DNA from: Piromyces finnis finn
Lineage: Eukaryota > Fungi > Neocallimastigomycota
Reading direction: 5' to 3'
Assembly (NCBI GenBank): GCA_002104945.1
Contig: MCFH01000171.1
Span: forward strand, 1-21,560
Length of the DNA stretch: 21,560 nt
Shown here: one piece after another, positions 1 to 7,039 of the stretch
Layout: each line of letters starts with the position of its first letter
Position numbering within the stretch: the first letter of the stretch is position 1
Translations under genes and position numbers: made by a program
The notes under the pieces: generated by a model
The model's database searches: none
The model's input: the letters and a program-made list of their open reading frames with translations, nothing else
What the model was told of the DNA's origin: nothing

Positions 1-255
1 TTTTGAATTTTATTTTAATTATTAATTATTTAATCCAATTTATTTTTAGATTGATGATTAATATATATATATATTAGTGTATTAATGTATTCATGATTGT
101 AATTTTAATAATTTTTAATGAAAAAGATCTATTAATATTAATCTATTATAATAAAATTTAAAATTAAATGTTATTTTTAAGTAAAAATTTTCATATTTTC
201 TTTAAATTCTTTATTTATAATATTAATTTTAATGCATATTGATAAAATTAATAAT

Positions 256-336
256 CCTTGGGAACGTACCTTCATTTATTTAATAAATGAAGTTTCCTAA
301 GTGGCCCTACTCAAGCTCATGGTACTGAGAGAGTAG
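256..336 (+). ncRNA. Candidate structured RNA motif, copy 1 (pseudoknotted; putative ribozyme or 5'-processing element of the LINE)
   Basis: Manual folding. Stem CTTGGGAA(257-264)/TTCCTAAG(294-301) encloses unpaired CGTACC (265-270), a 9-bp AU hairpin (271-291) and an unpaired GT (292-293). A second hairpin CTACTC(307-312)-AA-GCTCA-[TGGTAC 320-325]-TGAGA-GAGTAG(331-336) follows. Loop GGTAC is complementary to GTACC 266-270. The whole motif recurs at 461-540. Function is inferred only. Confidence 0.55.
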
Positions 337-460
337 AGTTGATAATCTGAGTGTTTGTTATATCATTTTTTCTTCCATCTTCTAAAATTTCCACTAATTA
401 TATAATATATCCGTCTTTACTAATATTATTTATATCTTACTATATATTTCAATACTTCAA

Positions 461-540
461 CCCTGAGGGAACGTACCGTCATTTATTAAAATGAAGTTTC
501 CCGAAGGGGTCTACTCAAGCTCGTGGTACTGAGCGAGTAG
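461..540 (+). ncRNA. Candidate structured RNA motif, copy 2
   Basis: Stem CCCT-GA-GGGAA(461-471)/TTCCC-GA-AGGG(498-508), then GTACC 473-477, AU hairpin 479-494 and hairpin CTACTC-AA-GCTCG-[TGGTAC 524-529]-TGAGC-GAGTAG. Differences from copy 1 fall mostly in a loop or the linker, or keep base pairing (A-U to G-U, G.A to G-C). Confidence 0.55.
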
Positions 541-585
541 AAAAAATAATAAATAAATCCAATCATTGCGCAATGGATGTTTGGT

Positions 586-635
586 TGGTCTTTATTGGGA
601 AATATTATAAAGACTAAGCTCATGGTACTGGGCGA
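586..635 (+). ncRNA. Partial third copy of the motif (TGGTAC-loop hairpin preceded by a different 10-bp stem)
   Basis: AA-GCTCA-[TGGTAC 623-628]-TGGGC-GA at 616-635, with a U-G wobble replacing U-A. The preceding stem is TGGTCTTTAT(586-595)/ATAAAGACTA(607-616). Confidence 0.4.
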
Positions 636-1231
636 ATTATTTTTTTTTTCCATCGAGTATTAGTTTATTTGATGGATAAGTTGAATGTTGATATTCAGGT
701 AAGTTTGTTTAGTATTTAATTAGAAGAGTAATACATTTTTGTTGCTGTATTTTTTCTTTTAATTCATGTATTTATGTAGTACTACTCTTCTCTTGTAAGA
801 ATCCAATGTAGTCAACTTTAGCATTTGCATTGTATTTTTATATTCATGTAGCTATGGTTGAATTGTTTCCTGTAAGAGATTGATTTACTCTGTATCATGT
901 AAAAATACTATTCACAATCTTTCTGATGTCGACATTCAATTCCGATTTAAAATCTTACCAATTTAAATATTTATGAAAAAGTAAAGTCAAATAATTTTTA
1001 GTGTCAAAAAGCGAATCGAATTTACTAACAACAAACCAAAACTAGAATTTACAAAGAAAAATTACAACTTCAAATTAAAAAAAAGAAATTATAATCAAAG
1101 CATTGAAACAATTTTTTGTACTATTCAGTACTTTTTTAAGAAGAGAGATACAGATTTTTCCCATTATATTTATAATTATTTATTAGTTCTTATTTTATAT
1201 TCAATTTATTTTTTAATTAGAATTAATTATC

Positions 1232-1610
1232 ATGTCCGTTCTTTATATCAAAGATAAGAATTATATTAGACGTGGTACCCGCTCTTATGGTATTCCCTTA
1301 GATAATATTAGATCCTTCTTTATCCGTGGTATTCGATCATGGTCAGTTAGCAAACTATAGGAAAAACTCGAGGTTATTCTGAAGGACAATTTTAATTCAG
1401 TTATTAGTGTTAAATATTTGAAGAATTTCAATGATCACTTTTTCACTTTTTCTTAGTCAAGGTTCATGGTTCAATGAAAGACTGTTATAATATTTTACAC
1501 ATCTTAAGGAAGAAACTTTCAACTGCCAAAATTTCCTTTTCAGCTCGTAGTAGAAGGAATCACAAATACACTTTTTCTTCACTCAAACGTAAATTTTTAG
1601 TTTCCAATAA
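1232..1610 (+). pseudogene. N-terminal (ORF1-like) region of the LINE protein, possibly an RRM-like RNA-binding domain; interrupted
   Basis: ATG 1232 reads MSVLYIKDKNYIRRG...SFFIRGIRSWSVSKL*(TAG 1358)EKLEVILKDNFNSVISVKYLKN..HFFT, then one added T (run 1447-1451) gives FFLVKVHGSMKDCYNILHILRKKLSTAKISFS. The beta-alpha-beta-beta-alpha-beta pattern was judged by eye. A stop-free stretch in another frame (985-1257) could extend the N-terminus. Confidence 0.4.
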
Positions 1611-1766
1611 AAAAACAACAATCAACAACATCAATTCAACAATCATCTCAACAATCATCTCAACAATCTCATCAACATTCAGATCATTAATAACGATGAC
1701 AATAATAATAATAGTTATAGCAACGATTCTTGCTCATCCAACAAGCCCGATAATTTTTCTTTCTGT

Positions 1767-2410
1767 CTTAGTTGGAATACCAATGGGTGGAATCATGAGA
1801 AGAGAGATAGCATTAGCTATTTCACAGCTATTTTATAAACCATTATTTTTATGCTTTCAAGAAACTGGTAATAATTCTGGATCGAATACAGAGTATCCTT
1901 GTCGTGTTACTTTGCGAAATTATAGACACTTTTTCAAGAAAGCTGATGAATTAGTTCCTGGAATGAGAGGTTTATATTTAGGTATTCACAATTCGTGTCA
2001 AGCCTCACTTGAAAACTTCTTAGGTAAGTATATTATCTCTATTTATACTTTTAGCCTTTGGAATAGATTCAAATGCTCGATTGGGAATGTTTATATGCCT
2101 CATAGTCATCACAACATCTATGTTGATCATTCAAAGTTAGAAGTTCGCTTGTGGTTACAAACTCACTCATCTCATCCATCGATTCTTGTTGGTGATTTTA
2201 ATATGTCTAAAGTAAAATTATCCAACTGGTTATCACTAATGGATTAGGAGATTGGGAATTCTTCCCTTAAAGGTTCTCTATCTCTTGGACTCGAGGTGAT
2301 CAATCTTCCGACATTGACATGCTCTTATCAATTCGAAGATGAAAGATCTTATTCACTCAGGATCATTTATAAATAATTTTTATCCTGTATCAGACCATAA
2401 GCCACTTCTT
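1767..2410 (+). pseudogene. APE-type (exonuclease/endonuclease/phosphatase) endonuclease domain of the LINE, split across frames
   Basis: LSWNTNGW (1767-1790), FQET (1855-1866), GNVYMP, ILVGDFN (GDFN 2191-2202), DIDHALIN (after +1 C at 2318) and VSDHKP (SDH 2390-2398). These are the canonical catalytic motifs in the correct order. Confidence 0.9.
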
Positions 2411-3286
2411 ATTAATGGTAAATTATTCCTATGGAAGATTTTTCTAATGACTTTAATGTTCCTAAGAAAATTCTGAAATGGAATAGATTAAAATGTATTG
2501 AGGAAAAGGAATCTATTCTCAGTCATAATAAATTCCAAATACTTTCAGCAAAATCAACGATCCTAATGTTTCTACAGATGAACTTTCTCAAAGAGTTTAC
2601 TTCAACTGCTTTTTCAATTGCAGACGAGCTCAGTATTACTTCAGCAAATAATGTTATAAAGTCTTCATTTCATATTTCACAACAAATTTTTAATCTTCAA
2701 AAAATCAAAATGAAGTTGTATAAGAGATTTAAAAAAGAAAGAATTTATGATATAGATGAATTTATTAAAAGAATTAAAATCTACCGTAACTCATTGATTA
2801 CATCCACAAAAGAGTAATGAATTTAGGAACAAGAATATCTTCATTGGATTAAAACAGGATGTGAGTATATGAAGAGTCATAATCCTAAGAAGGCCTGGAA
2901 ATGGATCAAGAAAACTGCAAAAATTGGAAAAGATTTTTCTTTATTGCTCAACCAATTAAAAATAAAAAGGAGAATTAGTTGTTGCTACGGAAGAACAACT
3001 AGATGTGTGGCATGATCATTTCGAAAATCTTGCATCAACCAAGTGGTGTAAGTCTTGATTTGGAGCATTGGTATGAAGAACCAACGAATAAACGTTTTTC
3101 ACTTCCTATGCTTGATGAGTGGGATATCAACCAAGATATTAGTATTGATGAAGTCAAGTCAGCTATCCTCTCTACTCCAAATTATAAAGCATCAGGTCCG
3201 GATGGTATTCCAATTGAATTTTACAAAGCATTAATTCCATCAAGTAATGATTCTAATAATGCTACAGATAATAATTCTTCTGGTAA

Positions 3287-5542
3287 TACACTTCAGATAA
3301 TGATGCTCATGGTTTAAATTTTATTCTTAAATTATTCAACCGTATTTGGGATGGAGATTTCCCCAACTCATGGAATGAATCCAGTATTGTTTCTATTCCT
3401 AAGAAGGGAGATTTGACAGATTGTGATAACTATCGAGGTATATCACTTATCAATAATGGTATTAAGTTGATTTCCAAAATTGTCACCACTAGAATCTCAG
3501 AATATGGTTTAAAGAATAATTTCATTAGACCTGAACAATTTGGTTTTCGAAAAAAGGAAGAAAGTATTAGTCTTTTCATTTCAATCCAAGAAATATGCCG
3601 TAGACGTCAATTAGATAATAAAGAGACATATTTGGCCTTTTTAGATCTCAGGAAAGCATACGATTCAGTCCCAATCGGTAATATTCTCCATAAATTAGAT
3701 TGTTTAGGAATCCGAGGTAAGAGTTTACAATTTATCAAAAATTTATATTTAACATCTAAGGCTAATGTCAAATTAGATGGACAATTCTCGAAATCTTTTG
3801 ATGTGAAGAAAGGAGTCCGTCAAGGTTGCCCTCTTTCTCCTATTCTCTTTAATCTCTTTATTAATGATATATTTAGAGAGTGCGAAGATCTAGGAGTCAG
3901 TTTAGGTGACACTCGATGCTGTGGTGGACTTTTTGCAGATGATATAGTTATTTGTGCTCCAACAAGAGGATGCTTAAAAAAGATGCTTAGAAGAGTTAAT
4001 GAATGGGCATTGTATAATGAAATGGAATTTGGTATCCAGAAATGTTCAACGATGGTGATTCGTCCTGAATCAATAGAAAATCAGAACAAGAGAGATCCAA
4101 CATTTTACTTAGCAGGACAACCCATTCCAACTACTGATTGCTATACTTATCTTGGTGTTCCATTTGATAAGAATCTGTCCCTTAAACCAGTAATTAAAGC
4201 TCTTAATAACAAGGTTTTGAAAGGGCTTTTCTCAGTCAGTAAATTCTTAAGAAATCCTAATATTCCTATTCCCTTCAAAAAGCTAGTACTTAACTCACAA
4301 GTGATTAGTAGAGTTTCATACTTTGCACCATTACTTGGATCCAACAAAGCTAGGTCTAGGATTGCTCAGAAGCATGTTAACAAAGGAATACGATGGGTTG
4401 CCGGAGTTCATAAAGCTGTATCGTTTATATCTTTATACTCTATTTCAAAAGATTTGAATATTCCTCCATTGTCAGCCAAATGTGCGTTAGCTCAGGTTAG
4501 ATGTTTTAACAAATGGAAAAACTCAAATTGTATAATCTCACACCTTGTCAATTACATTCCTAAATTTAGAAAATACACGTGGTGCAAATCAAGTAGGACA
4601 CTTGATAAAAAACTAAAGAAACATGGAGATGTTAAAGCAGTTAAAAACTTTTATTGGAAAGATCTCAAAGGGAATTCAATCAAAGCGCAATATTATGATG
4701 ATAATAAATTTATTGAAACTAAAGATTTTATTAAATTATGTTATGAGTACCCAGAGTTTGCCTATGGCTTCTACTGGCTATTGAAAGCAAGAAGCGGATA
4801 CAAGTTGGATGCTAGAGTTGCCAAAGCTGCCAAATTTGTTGATCCAGTTTGTCCTAACTACTGTCCATGTTGCAAGTGTGGAGATCAAAGTATTAAACAT
4901 TGGTTATTAGATTGTCCAACATTTAGAGATATCCGTATTAAACATTATGATTCTATAGTCCATCTATTAAATTTTTTCAGTCAACGTAATTCCAATAGTC
5001 CTATCAATAATAATGAAATTGATAATATCAGTAGAGATAGTAATAACATTAATAGTAATAGTAACAATAGTAGTAATAACAATAGTAATAGTAACAATAG
5101 TAATAATAACAATAATAGAAATAATAATATTAGTAATGATAGCAATAGTGAAGATAATAATTCTAATTTAGATAGTAATTTAGTTAATGATAGTAATAGT
5201 TCTAATAATCCGGTGAATATTAATGTGTATGATTATTCTAGTGTGTGCAGTAAAATATTTAAATTCCTTCTTGGGGGAAGAAGTTTTAACAATATTAATT
5301 ACAATTCAAGGGAATGGAAAGAACTTTGTAAGCGTCAGATTCAATCTGGTACTAACGAAGGAACACCATTCTTGACGGTAACCGCGGAACTTCTAACCAA
5401 AATCATGCCTTTTGCTATTGGCCAGCAATGGACAATGTTCAAAAGGTTTGAAGCAACATCCAAGAGCGTCAATGCTGAAGAAACAGTAAGACAGGCCAGG
5501 AGGGCCAGCGCAACCAATGGAGATCATAATTTTGTTCCATGA
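3287..5542 (+). CDS. Reverse transcriptase plus C-terminal CCHC zinc-finger portion of the LINE ORF (uninterrupted frame)
   Basis: Motifs IPKKGD..NYRGISL, QFGFR, FLDLRKAYDSV, GVRQGCPLSPILFN, FADD (3932-3943), YTYLG and CPCC..H..C (4862-4915). The upstream GPDG motif lies in the 3003-3317 frame. The frame is open from 3287, so the ORF-track TTG start at 3413 is not a true start. Confidence 0.95.
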   Translation, partial: YTSDNDAHGLNFILKLFNRIWDGDFPNSWNESSIVSIPKKGDLTDCDNYRGISLINNGIKLISKIVTTRISEYGLKNNFIRPEQFGFRKKEESISLFISIQEICRRRQLDNKETYLAFLDLRKAYDSVPIGNILHKLDCLGIRGKSLQFIKNLYLTSKANVKLDGQFSKSFDVKKGVRQGCPLSPILFNLFINDIFRECEDLGVSLGDTRCCGGLFADDIVICAPTRGCLKKMLRRVNEWALYNEMEFGIQKCSTMVIRPESIENQNKRDPTFYLAGQPIPTTDCYTYLGVPFDKNLSLKPVIKALNNKVLKGLFSVSKFLRNPNIPIPFKKLVLNSQVISRVSYFAPLLGSNKARSRIAQKHVNKGIRWVAGVHKAVSFISLYSISKDLNIPPLSAKCALAQVRCFNKWKNSNCIISHLVNYIPKFRKYTWCKSSRTLDKKLKKHGDVKAVKNFYWKDLKGNSIKAQYYDDNKFIETKDFIKLCYEYPEFAYGFYWLLKARSGYKLDARVAKAAKFVDPVCPNYCPCCKCGDQSIKHWLLDCPTFRDIRIKHYDSIVHLLNFFSQRNSNSPINNNEIDNISRDSNNINSNSNNSSNNNSNSNNSNNNNNRNNNISNDSNSEDNNSNLDSNLVNDSNSSNNPVNINVYDYSSVCSKIFKFLLGGRSFNNINYNSREWKELCKRQIQSGTNEGTPFLTVTAELLTKIMPFAIGQQWTMFKRFEATSKSVNAEETVRQARRASATNGDHNFVP
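4985..5220 (+). repeat. Low-complexity AAT/AGT/AAC tract encoding an Asn/Ser-rich segment inside the LINE ORF
   Basis: Translation NSNSPINNNEIDNISRDSNNINSNSNNSSNNNSNSNNSNNNNNRNNN..., in frame and without stops. Confidence 0.9.
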
Positions 5543-5752
5543 CAAAATTTTGATCTTTGGCTCGGTGTCCCATTGGAAGTCAAATACAATTATTATACTT
5601 TAGTATGATAGTGGCTTTCTTACTTTAATTAAAATTACTAGAATACATTATACCCAATTTTTATTCATTTGTGTTTATTTAAACATATTTTTTTTATTTT
5701 TATTTTATTTTAATTTTTATATTACATGTATTATAATTTTAATTAAATTAAT

Positions 5753-5777
5753 AATAAAGTTTAAAATATTTGATGCC

Positions 5778-5814
<37 letters not shown>
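5753..5814 (+). terminator. LINE 3' end: AATAAA signal and poly(A) tail
   Basis: AATAAA at 5753-5758 and 34 consecutive A at 5781-5814, 238 nt after the stop codon. Confidence 0.8.
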
Positions 5815-5818
<4 letters not shown>

Positions 5819-5986
5819 TATTACATTCCAATATTTCTACTCTGTCTAAATACTAAAACGTTAATTCTGTCGTTGTTAACTATTAAAACCTTAACTAAAA
5901 CAAGAAGCCCTCTTAATAATAATTATTCCCTAGACTTACTTAATAACTAATTGATTATACAATTACATTATTCTTTTACATTACTA

Positions 5987-6716
5987 GGCCTTAAAATCAT
6001 TTCAAAAATCGTAACTGATAAAATCTCAAAGTATACACATTCTCATAATTTTATCAGACCTGAGCAATTTGGTTTTCGTAATAAGGAAGAATGCATTAGC
6101 TTATTTATTTCCATTAGAGAAATCTGTCAAAGAAGAAAGTTTAAAGGAAAAGCCACTTATGTTGCTTTCCTTGACCTCAAAAAAGCGTACAACTCGGTTC
6201 CTATATTTAATATCCTTACAAAGTTATATAAATTAGGTATACATGATAAATGTATTGATTTTCTCAACAATCTTTACTCTACCTCAAAAGCTTGTGAACG
6301 TTTCTTGGATATACTCTAATGAATTTCCTATCAACGGTGGTGTAAGACAAGGAATTTAAGGATTCCAACACTTTCAGGTATTTGTGCTGCGCAACAAGTG
6401 AAATGCTTTGCTAAATGGAGAAAATCAAACTGTATTAATAATGATCTCGTCCGATTTATTCCCTCCCATGTTCATTACTTTTGGGCTAAAGAATCTTGTT
6501 CACTACATAAGAAACTTACGAAAATAAATATTAAAAGTACTAAAGATATTAGAGAACATTATTGGAATAATAGTAGCCTAAATAATGGAAGTAAAGCCCT
6601 CAGATATACTAACAACAAATTCTTTAATTCAAATCGCCTAATGCATATCGCACTTAATTTTAGGAACTACTTGGATTGACCAATCCATACAGTACGAATT
6701 TCAAAGTTCATTGAAC
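5987..6716 (+). mobile_element. Truncated, internally deleted relic of a related LINE subfamily (RT N-terminal half joined to the post-RT region)
   Basis: GLKIISKIV..EQFGFR..AFLDLKKAYNSV..GVRQG(6339-6353) joins directly to NLRIPTLSGICAAQQVKCFAKW, which matches DLNIPPLSAKCALAQVRCFNKW of the first element. The PLSP, FADD and YLG motifs are absent, and there is no poly(A). Confidence 0.9.
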
Positions 6717-7039
6717 TTTTATGCAACTTTAATAATTATTTTATTTTATTTTATATTTATATTTTTATATATATATATTTTATTATTTTTATTTATCATT
6801 TATTATGTCAATATGTATTATCACCTAATATAATGTAATATTTCAAATTAAATAAATAAATACAAGAAGTGTATTATCCTCCTGGTCTAAAAAAAATAAA
6901 TTCTTTTATATTGCATGCTCGTACATTAGCCATACATTTGTATTACATTCTTATATATAATAGAATTTAATAAAAAATTTATAATTTTAAAAAAGTATCC
7001 ATTTTTAAATTCTTAATATCTATTATAGTATAAAGAGAA

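Larger units (their letters stand above)
256..5814 (+). mobile_element. Non-LTR retrotransposon (LINE, APE endonuclease + RT + CCHC finger), near full length; 5' boundary uncertain
   Basis: APE motifs, RT motifs, a C-x2-C-x8-H-x4-C finger, a 3' UTR with AATAAA (5753-5758) and an A34 tail (5781-5814). Coding extent is ~1232-5542. Including 256-1231 as 5' UTR is inference, and no target-site duplication was found. Confidence 0.9.

Noticed and set aside
256-636. Repeats read as a CRISPR array, or as a known HDV, hammerhead, twister or pistol ribozyme
   Set aside because: The units are ~80 nt with irregular spacing in a eukaryotic context, with no cas genes. Manual fitting failed for each class: TTCCCG in copy 2 resembles HDV L3 but has no P3 and is not conserved in copy 1, CTGAG(A/C)GA is not CUGANGA and lies in a stem, and the AAGC twister-like fit has no P1 or P4.
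864-884. Minus-strand INLLQET, resembling an APE endonuclease motif
   Set aside because: A single short motif flanked by stops, with no other APE motifs at suitable spacing.
4147-4347. Minus-strand 66-aa ORF
   Set aside because: Antisense shadow of the RT frame, with no recognisable features.
5815-5845. Target-site duplication for the LINE
   Set aside because: The sequence after the poly(A) (TATATATTACATTCC) matches upstream only as low-complexity TATATATT (near 441), which is not distinguishable from background.
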